In this document: positions 27,372 through 39,719 of the stretch, piece after piece | How positions within the stretch are numbered: position 1 is the stretch's first letter | Layout of the letters: each line of letters begins with the position of its first letter | Origin: Octopus bimaculoides | Taxonomy: Eukaryota | DNA: 64,000 nt | Assembly (NCBI RefSeq): GCF_001194135.2 | Contig: NC_068996.1 | Location: forward strand, 39,306,114-39,370,113 | Direction of reading: 5' to 3' | Program-made: the position numbers and the translations under genes | The notes under the pieces: model-generated | Database searches by the model: none | What the model was told of the DNA's origin: nothing | The model's input: the letters and a program-made list of their open reading frames with translations, nothing else

Positions 27372-27473
27372 ATTGAAAAATGTAGCTTTGAATGTCCATA
27401 GTCAGATGCAAGCTGTCTTGTGTTTTCTTGATTTTTGTCACAAAATTTGTTTGTTTACTTCGTCCATCTGTGA
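27372..27473 (-). CDS. Putative second coding exon of the same unidentified gene
   Basis: Long pyrimidine tract then TACAG acceptor, donor T|GTAAGA. 102 nt, phase 1 to phase 1, continuing exon 1 in frame: (V)TDGRSKQTNFVTKIKKTQDSLHLTMDIQSYIFQ. An in-frame alternative acceptor lies 6 nt downstream. Confidence 0.5.
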
Positions 27474-27859
27474 CTGTATTGATGTATGTGTATATATAGA
27501 GAGGATGAGGGGCAAGAAAGACGAGAAGACAAGGTAAATTTACAATCAGAATTATTAAAGTTGGTGCTCGGAGAAATGGGAAGAATATGTTCAATGTTTC
27601 AAACATTGTACTTCTTCAGAATATGGATGTAAAATGGAAAGAGAAAAGAAGGTAGAAATAACTAAAGAGAAAAATCCTGGCTAAATAGTGTTGGTTAGTT
27701 TATATGGTAGCCATTTAGTGACCAAATAAGTTGCCCAAGATTTGTATTCCAAGACAGGAGATGTGGGAGTGAGATGAATTGTGTGTTTGCATATGTGTGT
27801 GTAGTGTTTTAAGTACTAAGTACTAGCTGATGTATATACATCTGTTATATTGTGTTGTT

Positions 27860-27896
<37 letters not shown>

Positions 27897-28204
27897 TTTT
27901 TCATTCATATTTTTTATTATTACGTTTGTAGAAATAAATAATCTTGTATTTTTCTATTATTCAATTGATCTTTAATCATAATTAAATAAACGTCTTTAGC
28001 TTTAAATAGTATAGCTTTAACTATTACACCGGTTAAATATGTACTAATTTTATCTTCATTATTATTTTAAACTTANNNNNNNNNNNNNNNNNNNNNNNNN
28101 NNNNNNNNNNNNNNNNNNNNNNNNNNNNNNNNNNNNNNNNNNNNNNNNNNNNNNNNNNNNNNNNNNNNNNNNCTGATGTATATACATCTGTTATATTGTG
28201 TTGT

Positions 28205-28267
<63 letters not shown>

Positions 28268-28589
28268 GTATGTATTTAAGAATAACATAACCTGAGGATG
28301 GAAGATAATGAGAGGAGCTCCAGTATGTATCCAGCCCTGGAATGAATCCTACAATAGGATAACATCTGGTAGGCCAACAACGAGCTCTTAAATACATGTT
28401 ATGACGTTTTTTGCCCACATTATATGTGTGTGTGTGTGAGTGCTTTTGCACGTGCATCCTGTATATAGAAGCAGGAATCCTTATTCCTGCTTCTGGCGGA
28501 AGTGTTCTGCGCACATACAACCACAATCTCTCATCTACACACACTTGCGCATACAAGCTCCTATGCACACATGCTCCTTCGACCCTCAC

Positions 28590-28731
28590 CCAAATGCGCT
28601 GATGCCACCAATTTCCTGTCCAACCATGCAGCCAAACTCCTTTTCTCAAGTATCTGCTGTCGCTTGCTTACAAAAACTGTGTCATCACTTGATCTTCTTT
28701 GAACAATTGCAGCCTCTGTGCTGGTAGCCAT
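28590..28731 (-). CDS. Putative first coding exon of an unidentified protein-coding gene
   Basis: ATG in good context (TCCAAAATGGCT). 47 codons MATSTEAAIVQRRSSDDTVFVSKRQQILEKRSLAAWLDRKLVASAHL + G, then donor G|GTGAGG. Non-repetitive, GC-richer than flanks, protein-like composition. No homolog recognised. Confidence 0.6.
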
Positions 28732-28960
28732 TTTGGACTTCCTGCACCTCCCCATTCATTTGGATTTCCACTGGCCTGAGGAAAGGCTCTCGTTAGGGGC
28801 TTTGAAACTTTAAGTTACACAAATCCCAAATCAAACTGTTTTGAACTATATATATATACATATATATATTATGAAACCAGTGGTTTGCCGTTAGGTTAAA
28901 AGTTTTTAGGAGGTTAGCTTTGAAAGTTACATTCCCTCGCGATCGGTAAAAATGTGCTTA
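28724..28960. promoter_or_regulatory. Probable housekeeping-type promoter, possibly bidirectional
   Basis: YY1-like CAAAATGGC overlapping the minus-strand ATG, ETS-like GGAAGT just upstream, and a CTCGCGAT core near 28937. CpGs are retained in otherwise CpG-poor DNA. It lies between a leftward gene and the rightward UBL3 exons. Confidence 0.4.
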
Positions 28961-29520
28961 TTTTGGTAGTTTTGACTTATGAAGTCCCTCTAAGCGTGAG
29001 GCATTATTGTATAGTAATGCCCTTATATAAATTAAATTATATATATAACAGTTCAACCACATCTAAGTCATATGCAACTGTGTCAAACAGTTATTAATTA
29101 CATGTATCTCAAACTAAATGTGTTGAATGCTATTTTTTCATTTCTTTGCCTCTGTCTGTGTGTGTGTGTGTGTGTGTGTGTGATACAAAAAAGATATTAG
29201 CAAGTTAATGTTTTATCAATTTTGAATTTAAAAGATAAGCTGCTGCTGATTTTGACCCAGGAGATAACCCCCATATTACCATGAAAATTTCTTTGAAAAC
29301 CCGGCTGAAGGTAATGCTATTGAAATGGCAGCATGGGGATATTGCATCATGTAAGAAGTATAACACATATTTTTAGTTTATGTAAATAGTTCTCGAGTTA
29401 TCTGTTTACATAAAATGCCCTCCTTCTTTTAAATCTACATCGTCATCAGTTACAGTATGTAACCTTTTTAAGAGTGTATTTTCACACTTTTGGCCAGAAT
29501 TGTGTGTGTGTATATGTGAG

Positions 29521-29551
<31 letters not shown>

Positions 29552-30504
29552 GTACTCACATATATATTTATAGGTGTGTGTGTTTTAATAATGACACCAA
29601 GTTATAGTTGAGAATAGCATATCCATGTATCAACAGTATATATGGACATTAACATTTATATTAGTGTGTGTGTATGTATGTACAATATATATACACACAC
29701 ACACTCATATATATATATATTAAAGCTGCTTCAGAGACTCGAGTTTTGTGCCAAGGTACTTGTCAAACTGGTTTAGTTAGAAAGTTACATGAAATTTCTG
29801 GAGGAAAACTTTTGGCCCAGAAAACATTAAAAATGTCACCTGATAATGCGGAAGTTTGAATTTTATTTGCTATCAGTGATTGGACTGCATATAAATGAGC
29901 ATATGTATATAGCTACTTAAATGAAAACAAGTAGAGCATGCGTATTCATACAAATGTATATACATATATACAAGTGTGTGTGTGTGTATGATGCACACAG
30001 ATGTAAGTGGCCAACTGGCAGTTAAGTTAAGTTGCCTTGTAGTCATTCCAGGTCCCTGGACTTTTAGTTCACATCCCACTGTGATCAAAGTAGCAGCCCT
30101 CTACTGAGGTGATTCTTTTTTATTCCTCTTGCTCAGTCTTCCTCTCTTCTGGAAGAAATCAATTATGGTAAGACCTGGTGAGGGACAGGCCTTCGGCTCT
30201 AAAATGCTGAACATATGCTTGTTGCACTGATGTCTTTACAATTCCATCAAGGAGGCAAGGCAGTGTATGTGTGTTTGTGTCATTTGTTCATTTATCTATG
30301 TCTGCTTTTCTATGCAGGTATGGGTCGGGTGAACATTTATTGAAGTAGTAGTTTACAGCCAGATGCTTTTCTTGTCACCGACCCATAACCCATTTTTGAA
30401 GTAAGCACTTCTTCATTTTCAATACGCAGGTCTTCTTGTATTTAGAGAAACACATGACATTGTTTGCAGGCATATTTACTTTGTAAACATCATAACTTTT
30501 GTAT

Positions 30505-30553
<49 letters not shown>

Positions 30554-30782
30554 TGTGTGTCTTGGGTCTGTCATGACCATACAAATTCATTGTGCCCAGC
30601 TTATTCCAGTTTCCACGGCACATAAGCAATTGAGAATATGACACTACCTGCTACTATTTGTATTCATTCATGCATGAGTGGAGTAATGGGAAATGAACTA
30701 CATGCTGCCCAGTCTTGGGATTGAAACCATGTGTTAATAATTTGCGAGTCCACTGCTCTAACTACTAGTTCTTGTGCCTTTA

Positions 30783-30813
<31 letters not shown>

Positions 30814-32379
30814 GTACATGTGTCTGTGTATATTATGTGTGTATATATGTACACGTCATTATTTCACATCTACTTTCTATGCTGGCATGGTTTGAATAAT
30901 TTGACAAGATCCAACAAGTCGGATGACCCTATCTACTTCACCATCTTAGTTTTGACCTAGTTTCCATGGCTCGATGCTTTCCAAATGCTGACTGCTTTTT
31001 TATGGCATCAGAAATTATGAGGTTACCCTGTAACTTGCAATACTAAAATATCTTGATGCAGAAAAGGAAGTGGCTTTAGGTAAGGAGTTGAAAGGTTAAA
31101 AGTATGGTAAAAAGTACAATAACAGGTTTGTTGTCATGAAGACTCTTCATGGCTACCCTGCATTATACAAGGCTGGGTCTAAATTGGGTGGAGCTGGGGT
31201 AATGAGAAAGCTGAATGTGATGAGGCACCAGCGCATACCTTCAAGACACAAGGTGAATGAAACAGAGCATTTGTCTCTGTCTACCTCACTATTCCACCAT
31301 CACATCACCTTCAGTCTGACTGGAACCTTGCACCAGCCACAAATTTAATCCATAACCTTCAAGTTGTCCAGTGGGAACATTTCGTATTTATATTTCATAA
31401 GTTTATTTTTCTGTACTGGCATGAGTTGAGTAAATACTTATTTGAAGCAATATTTTATAACTGACTTCTTACAGTCACCAATCATTATTCATTTTCAAGT
31501 AGCGGACTGTTTTTTTTTTATTCCACCAAATGACTACAAGATAAATCGTTTACAGGGAATATCAAATGTTATCAGCTTTTTGTTTTTACTCAGATGTTCT
31601 CATGTGAAGAAGTGTAAATAATATTTGTATACATATGCAATGGCTTTCCATATTCTAATTCCACTCATAAACCCTTGCGCTATTGTAGTTGGAGTGAACC
31701 TGTGATCATGTAGTTGTGAAACAGACTTTTTAACCCCATAGCCATTGTTCTTTCGTTCTCCTGAGCTTCCTTGTCCTACTGGTGACCCACAGGTGCTGGT
31801 GCCATGTGAAAAAACAACCATGTTGGTGTCATATAAAAAGGTACCCATACCAGTGTTACATAATAAGCACCCATGTCAATGCTACATTATAAACACTCGG
31901 TACACTCTGTAAAGTGGTTGGCATTAGGCAGGACATCCAGCTGTAGAAATCAGGCTGAGATAGATGACTGGAACCTGGTGCAGGCCTTTGTCTTGTCACT
32001 TCCACTCAAACTGTCCAACCCATACCAGCATGGAAAATGGACATTAAATGACGACGATGATGATGATAAAATTTTTAATCCAGAAAAATATATTAAATCT
32101 CCAGGACAGAAGTGGTAACTGCCAGTTTTATATCTGTATTTCTATGGAAATTATTTTGGCATTTTGTCAAGGTGAAAAATTTATCCATGTTGGGCTGGAA
32201 TTAGATCAAAAACAGTATTGCATCTATCTGGAAATTGTCTCCCTCTCTTTCAAAACAGACTGTGTATGCTGGAAACTTGGAGTTACAAAAAAGAAGTATT
32301 TTAATATGTAAATTAAAATGCATGAAACGACGACTTCATTGGCAATCTACACATGTCTACTCGCCAAGTTGACATCTCA

Positions 32380-32960
32380 ATTTATTAATATGCAGTTTCT
32401 CAGCTTTTGAAAAACTCCTTCTAACTGCCACTTATATGTAGCCATCTGGCCTAAGTTGGACAGGTTGTAATCTACCCTTAGTTCCTTGGTAACCATCAGA
32501 TTACAGAGCCTAGTACACTGTCAAAAGCTGTCTCAAATTGATGAATGCTAAGTATAGGAGCATATTCCTAGTGAAGTACCTCTGTACTTGGAAGATGGCA
32601 TTGGTAGTACATCTTGCTGATACAAATCTAAACATCATTTCATCTAAGTTTATGCTGTGTCAGTATTACCATGATTTACTTAGACTAGTCTAATAATTTG
32701 ATGCCTCTATAATTGTCTCTGTCTCTCTAATGCATCTCTTTCACCCTTATAGCAGTTGACAATCATGCTGCTGTGCCAGTCATTGGGTATGATACTTTCC
32801 TGTTCTATCTAATTGGTTGTGTGAATGACTAGCATGTGCCCTATTTTGACAGATATTTTAAACAGTCAACAACTCTCCCCCATGGATCAACTTCCTACAT
32901 ATATCTTAAAATTGCACTTGTGACTACACTGTTGACAACTTGGATAGCTAATTCCTTGTG
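32380..32960 (-). mobile_element. RTE LINE fragment
   Basis: Similar to 43780-44040 (gctgctgtgccagtcattggg, atatcttaaaattgc). Confidence 0.5.
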
Positions 32961-33183
32961 AGTTTTACTTACAGTAGACCCTTTTTCTTCCATGCATTCT
33001 CTTCACTCAACAACTCATATCTCGTAGGCCACCTTCTTTTCATTACTGCTAAGTGTGATATTATCATTCTATATACACTTCTAACAGTTGGCATCTTGAT
33101 TTTTCCCTCATACACTTTTTTTCAATCCAAAGTACTTGATGCATCTGTGTACCACTATTTTGGGGCAATGAAATATAACAAAA

Positions 33184-33227
<44 letters not shown>

Positions 33228-33234
33228 TCTGTTA

Positions 33235-33560
33235 TTCTTTTATATGTTTCAGTCATTTGACTGTGGCCATACTGGAGCACTGCCTTAAAAGGTTTTAGTC
33301 AATGAAATCAACTCCAGGACTTGTCCTTTGTAAGCCTAGGACTTATTCTATTGGCCTCTTTTCCCAAACTGCTAAGTTATGGGGATGTAAACTCCCCAAC
33401 AGTTGTCAAGCAATGGTGGGGACACACACACACACACATATATACATGATGGGCTTTTTTCAGTTTCCGCCTACTTCGGCCCTAGGTGATAGTAGAATAC
33501 AGTTGTCCAAGGTGCCATGCAGTGGGACTGAACCATGTGGTTGAAGAGCAACCACATACA
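33235..33560 (-). mobile_element. SINE family A
   Basis: Reverse complement of family A. Confidence 0.85.
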
Positions 33561-33587
33561 CATCTATAAGTGTGGGCTTTTCTTTAA

Positions 33588-33800
33588 CCCTTTAGTATTC
33601 AGATTTTTCTGTTAGATGTAAGACTCATTCGCATAGTTTTAAACTAATTATGCATTATTTTGTAGCTTCAAGATTTTGATGATGTGGTTGTTTATTTTTA
33701 GAATGACATTGTAGGGTGGGTGTGAGAGGCCAGATTTGGCTGTGATCATAAAACAAAGAGAATATTTGGGCTGGATATAGCTAGTTTAAATGTTAAAGGG
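33588..33800. mobile_element. TTAA-flanked MITE, family P1
   Basis: TTAA|CCCTTTAGTATT ... AATGTTAAAGGG|TTAA; homologous to 20750-20972. Confidence 0.8.
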
Positions 33801-34905
33801 TTAAGGTAATCTTTTCAGAAAAGTGCTGCAATTTAAACTGAAACTAGCAATAATAGAAATTACAAAAACCAATAATGCTTAAAAATAAGTGAATCTTATA
33901 CCATACACTAACTTTATTTTGTTTTCTAAATGGTTTCGAATGTCAGAGATTGTGTGTTAAGGAATATTGCATCTTATATTTTAATTGTTTGACTCTTGTA
34001 GAACAATCACATATTTACCCACATTCATCAACTTTTCCCTTGAAAACTTTCTTACTTTTTTTTTGTAAATGACTCATTCCTTTTGTAAATCAATGTCTTG
34101 CTTCCAACAATGCTAGCTTAATAAGTTAACTGATTATTTTTAATGATGTTGATGAGAAATAAAAACGCACTATGACAATAAACTATTTTGAATCATTTAC
34201 TTGTTTTGGTCTAGTAAGAATTTTTCCCTACCATTCACCACTACCACTCCAAAACAGACTATGAATTTTTCAGTTTTGATAAATTGAGATTCTGTGTTAC
34301 TTGTCATTACATCTTACACATTTAGCTTGTCTTGGTCTCTTGTCTCAACAATTGTCATGGACAGAATTATGTCTCTGTAAATATTTCTTCTGGAAACTTT
34401 CAAATAAAATTTATTTTTGTTGAGTTTTTGTAAAATGTGTCCATTGAAACACTTCCATCTTTGGCTGTAAGAGTGCACCTGTTGTATAAAATTGACACAT
34501 AATTGCTCTTTTTATTTCTAGCTCAACTTGATTTTGATGACGTACATACTCAGTTTTATCACTTGTCACAGAACAACTATTAAGTGAGGATTTTTTTAAA
34601 ACTCCCAGCATTTTACTTTTATGCATTTCTTGAGCAATTTTTGGGTGTTTTGAACATCGGACATTTAGGTTCTAGTAATGTTTTTTTTATTATGCAATAT
34701 TTATGGCTTAATAAAATGTCAATTGTTAAATAAAATAATTGGAAATATTTCCCTCTAAGATTTCAATTAAAATTTTTATATTAAACAGTTTTAACATATT
34801 AGGCAACATATTGACTGATTAGTCACTGATGAAATTCTTTTGTGTTATTACCTACTATAAGCAGGTTGGAACAAATAAAGTTTTAAGAAGTTTGTTCTTG
34901 CTGCA

Positions 34906-34952
<47 letters not shown>

Positions 34953-37324
34953 CAAACAGAAGTATGTAGCAATATATAAACTGAAACATTTTATCATTTT
35001 ATTGATTCCATTTTTATCTTTTTTTTTTTTTGTTGTATAGTTTTGATCTGTGTGTAAGATAGTAAACAACTTTGCGCAATCCAATCTTTGGATATAGATA
35101 CAACTTATCTGAATATTACTTTGGAAAAATGGGTAACATTTAGTTTCCAAGCATCCATAAATTCCAGATTTAAAAATCTGGTGGGATAGAATACATTTTT
35201 ACTCACCAAGGCCTTTTCCCCATAAGAGGGGGTAGCCACAACAAAATACATACCAGACATTTCATTCATTTCCCATCTCAAAGAGGTGAACCCTGTCCTA
35301 TGCTCGGGTCAAGGCATAGAATGCAACCCCCAATATCAGCAACAGGGCCCTGACAACTTAAGCTGGTTTACCCCTGCCACATCATGCTGGTTTCGTACCC
35401 CTTTGAGCAACATCAAATTTACTCATCTGGCCACAAACACTCTCCAAGCTTTCCTATCATTTATAAACTCTCTTGCCTCTCTCACTTCAACACCTAACCA
35501 CTGAAGCTTTCCTCATTCCATCCATCCACACAAACTGAGGTCCGCTTCTGGTTCTGCTGCCTACCACTTCTGCCTTCATCACCCTCCTAACCATCCACTC
35601 CTCATCCATCCTATTCATGTGGCCAAACCCCCTCGACATTCATCTATCTATTCTGGTACATAGATTTACTCTCATTCCTGAATTAATACTGTATTTTTTA
35701 CGACCGGATTTTGTGAGTGAATGTAAAGTATGTAATAAACTAAAAAGGATGTTGATACTTAACTTCTGAGTTAGTCAGATTAAATATATACTTAGTTTTG
35801 TCTTTTTATTAATTTTTGAAGTCAGATCAAGTTTATTTAACAATGATTTTTTTTTTTTCACTTTGTATCTAGACTTGAAATAATTTTCTTCAACAGGGAC
35901 TGTGTAATTCTATAGTTCTTGTCTTAAAACATGTACATCCTCAAATTACAGCATCATTTAATGTCCGTTGTCCATGCTGGCATTAGCTGGATAGTGTGGC
36001 CAGAGCTGGGGAGCTGGGTGGGGGGAAGCTGCACCAGACTCCAGCCTGCTTTGGCATGGTTTTTATGACTGGATTCTCCTAATGCCAACCACTTTACAGT
36101 GTGCTGGCTGCTTTTAGCACACTCTGTGAAGTGGTTGGCATTAGAAAAAGCATCCAACCACTATTGCAATGGCAAAACGGATTTTAAACAAAAATAAGGA
36201 ATCTATTTTAGATACACAGGATATCAAAATCTATCGATAATTATTAACATCTGTGTGTATGTATGTACTCTTTTAATGTCATCAGCTGGATGTCCTCTAT
36301 TTTAAATGTATAGATTGTTTGGAGTCCCAACAATCCTAAATCCAGCATTGAACACACCTCTCCTTGACATATTTATTGGTTGCTAAACCATTTCCATCCA
36401 TCATCATATCACTTTTGTTGGCACACAGCACAAGAAACAAGATAAATATAAATTTGGAATTTTCTTTGTCTTGGTCAGCTGCAATTCGCTTTAAAAAAAT
36501 GAGCATAAAACAAGTTCTTGTCTTTTTTGGATCCATTATTGCCTGTCTAACTCCCATAGAAATTATTAGCTTTTAAAGAAATCATTTTATAAAGACAGTA
36601 TTTTTATATAAGTAGTTAGTGAAAATTTCTGAGTGCATTTTTATCTGCTAGTAAAGTCAAGCCATGTTCAAGAAAACTCACAAATAAAACTTATATCTTT
36701 TGTACCAGTTTGCTGGCTGGTATTTTGAAAATATTTGTATATTAAAAAAAAAAAAATTTTTTTGTTTGTCTATTGTTGATAATGAAGAATTGTTATAATT
36801 ACTTAATTACTTATAAATCATATGCACTGCTTTTTTTGTTTCTGGTACTAGAATGATTTTTGATAGATCTGCATTTGTCACATCTCATTTCATGACTGAA
36901 TCACTTATCTCTTGGTTTATCTCTCTGCCTCATCCACTTAAGTATCAGATTATGCCATTTTATCACTTAAGACACATTGTTCTTGCTCATCCCATGAGCA
37001 AACTTCTATCAAAGAATTAAAAACCTAAATAAATTACTCACTCTTAGAAAACATGTAAGTATTGCTTTACAGCCAGCTAATACTACTATCTCCTTGCTTA
37101 GCTGAGTTTGAGTAATCTAAAATCCCTTAATTTAGGAGATAATCATGTACTGTGGATTATGTAATTAAAAAAAAAAGTTGTGTAAACCTGATTAATCTGT
37201 TAATGGTAAATATTAAAGATTTAGAATTCTCAGATGTTCAATTTAAATTATGACATTAAAGCTAGTGTATTAACTTGACAAAACAATTATTAAAGTTGAA
37301 TGATTGCTACTATCAAGTGTGAAG

Positions 37325-37645
37325 GTACACGGCTAAATGGTTAGGGTAATCAGCTCACAATCGTTAGGTTGGGAGTTTGATTCCTGGTAGCATGGCATGT
37401 CCATGAGCAAGGCATTTTATTTCACATTGCTCCAGTTCATTCAACTGGCAAAAATGAGTTGTACCAGTAATTCAAAGGGGCAAGCCATGTCGCACTCTGC
37501 ATCATGCTGAATCTCCCTGAGAACTACGTTAAGGATACTCACGTTTGTGGAGTGCTCAGCCTCTTGCACAGTAATTTCATATGCATGTTGTTCCATTCAT
37601 TGGATCAACTGAAACCCTCGTTGCTATAACTGACAGTGCCACTCT
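37325..37645 (+). mobile_element. SINE family D
   Basis: tRNA-like head (GGCTAAATGGTTAG...GAGTTTGATTCC) and TTTATTTCACATTGCTCCAGT core; related copies at 21725-22060 (-), 22860-23110 (-) and 46325-46625 (+). Confidence 0.7.
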
Positions 37646-37789
37646 AGTATACTTTCAAGTGTTAGTTGTTACATAGTAAATAATATTAGGGACTCTGCTT
37701 CAGTGTGAGAAAGCTTTGATCTTCTCCAACCTTCTATCTTCTGGTGCAGTTGAACTTGGCACTGCAGCCTAATGAAATGCTTATCTTTT

Positions 37790-38335
37790 ATCTTTTGTCT
37801 TTTACTTGTTTCAGTCATCAGACTTAGACTGTGGCCATGCTGGGGCACTGCCTAGAATTTTTTTTTTTTTAAGCCTGGTACTTATTCTATTGGTCTCTTT
37901 TGCTGAATTGCTATGTTACATGGATGTAAGCATACCAACACTGGTTGTCGAGTGGTGGTGGTAGTTACACACACACACACACATATACGACAGACTTCTT
38001 TCAGTTTCCGTCTACTAAATCCACTCCAAAGGGTTTGATTGGCCTGAGGCTATAGTAGAAGACACTTGCCCAAAGTGCTGCACAGTGGGACTGAACCTGA
38101 AACTATGTGGTTGAGAAGAAAGCTTTTTAACCACTGAGTCATGCCTGTGAGTATGTATATATGCATGTATGTATATATACAACAAGCTTCTTTCTGTTTC
38201 CGTCTGCCAAATCCATTCACAAGGCTTTGGTCAGCCCAAGGCTATAGTAGAAGGCATTTAAGGTACTTTGTAGTGGGACTGAACCTGGCACCATGTGGTT
38301 GGGAAGCAAACTTCTTACAGCACAGCTACTATGCC
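37790..38335 (-). mobile_element. Two tandem SINE family A copies
   Basis: Full copy at about 37790-38145 plus a 5' half copy at about 38170-38335. Confidence 0.85.
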
Positions 38336-38943
38336 TTACTTTATTTTTTTTAATCAGAAACTTAGATACAGTGTGACTACAATAGAATGTGAGCCCCACC
38401 CCAACTCTTTTGCCTGTAGCTGTAACTCTCCTCAAATTACCTATTCCAACAATTGATATTATCCAAATTTACAAGACTAGACATGAAACACTTACACATT
38501 CACTCAATGCTGGCTCAGATAACTTGAATCTTTTCCATGCTAGTTACACACATGACCTTTTTGATCTTCATAATCTTGATCATTATTTCAGTGATTTTTT
38601 TTTCTTTTTTTTTTCTACAGTTGTTTGGACAGTTCTGCATAACAAACGTTCTGACTTCTCTGTAAAGTTCAAAATTTTTCAGGTTTTCATGTAGTATAAC
38701 CTCACCGTGGTACTTCCACTTATTGGTGCCCACTTCTCTCAATGTGATTCTACATGTTGATTGCATATTCAGTTACTTTTTCAATTGACTAATACTTGTT
38801 TAAAAATTCCCCCACTCATAATAAAATTTTGGTGATCATTTTGAAACCTCAAATATTTTTGTTACTAATACATTGTTTTCATAAATTTTAAAGTTTCTCC
38901 TAAATTATACTTTTTTTTTTGTTTGAGCTGAACTCACTTAGTC

Positions 38944-39513
38944 CAGTGTTTTTCAACTGGGGTTCATATGACGCTAGGGAATCCATATGGCCCCTGAGGG
39001 TCTGTATGGCCCTTGGAGGTCCATATAAGATTTTGTTAAAATTTATCGGCAACAAATTGGTTATTCTACAATACACAAAATATAAAAAAAATTTTTAATA
39101 CAATTTGTAATCATCTTAATCATTCTCATTGTCATTATCATCATCATTTAATATCTGTTTTCCATGCTGGCATGGGCAAGATGGTTTAACTCGAGCTAGT
39201 AAGCTGGAAAGCTGTACCAGGTTCCTGTCTGTTTCAGCTTGGTTTCTACTACTGGATGCCCTTCCTAATGCCAACCATATTACAGAGTGTAGGGGGTGCC
39301 TTTCATGCATCACCAACATGGGTGCCTTTTCCATGTCACTGGCACAGGTGACTTTTATGTGCCACCAGCATGGGTGCCTTTTACATGTTACTGACACTAA
39401 CTACAACTAAGATTTCACCTAGCTTTTTTCACATACCGAATGGCTATGGAAGCCCAGTAGAGTAAAATAGAAACCAAAGGGGTCTATTGGTAAAAAATGG
39501 TTGAGACCCACTG
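38944..39513. mobile_element. hAT MITE (CAGTGTTTTTCAAC...GTTGAGACCCACTG) with a nested SINE
   Basis: Terminal inverted repeats; related copies at 13559 (left end only) and 62277-62528; SINE inserted at about 39118-39420. Confidence 0.75.
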
Positions 39514-39610
39514 GCTTGGAGTATTCTGTATAATTTATGTTTCAAGAAATTCTCTGTTGCAATTCACTGTACCTCACTTAACACATACTCATTTCTTTTT
39601 TTGTCTTCAG

Positions 39611-39719
39611 ATCACAATACGACTAATATTAGTCAGTGGGAAAACAAAAGAGTTTATATTTTCTCCTAATGATTCAGCTGCTGACATTACAGAATATGTT
39701 TATAGTAATTGGCCAGAAG
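39611..39719 (+). CDS. UBL3: Ubiquitin-like protein 3 (membrane-anchored ubiquitin-fold protein), internal coding exon (equivalent to exon 2)
   Basis: Acceptor tttttgtcttcag, donor G|gtaagt. 109 nt = ITIRLILVSGKTKEFIFSPNDSAADITEYVYSNWPE + 1 nt, closely matching the UBL3/MUB N-terminal motif (human INLRLILVSGKTKEFLFSPNDSASDIAKHVYDNWP). Confidence 0.96.

Noticed and set aside
27486-27533. + strand MCIYREDEGQERREDK|gtaaat as a UBL3 exon 1 candidate
   Set aside because: It is the reverse complement of the polypyrimidine tract of the minus-strand exon, and has no similarity to UBL3 beyond the terminal DK.
29290-29353. Frame ending ...AAWGYCIM* resembling a prenylation tail
   Set aside because: Cys is third from the end (not CaaX), and there is no start or compatible acceptor.
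36336-36576. Overlapping 70-aa ORFs on both strands
   Set aside because: No recognisable domain or splice support; within chance expectation.
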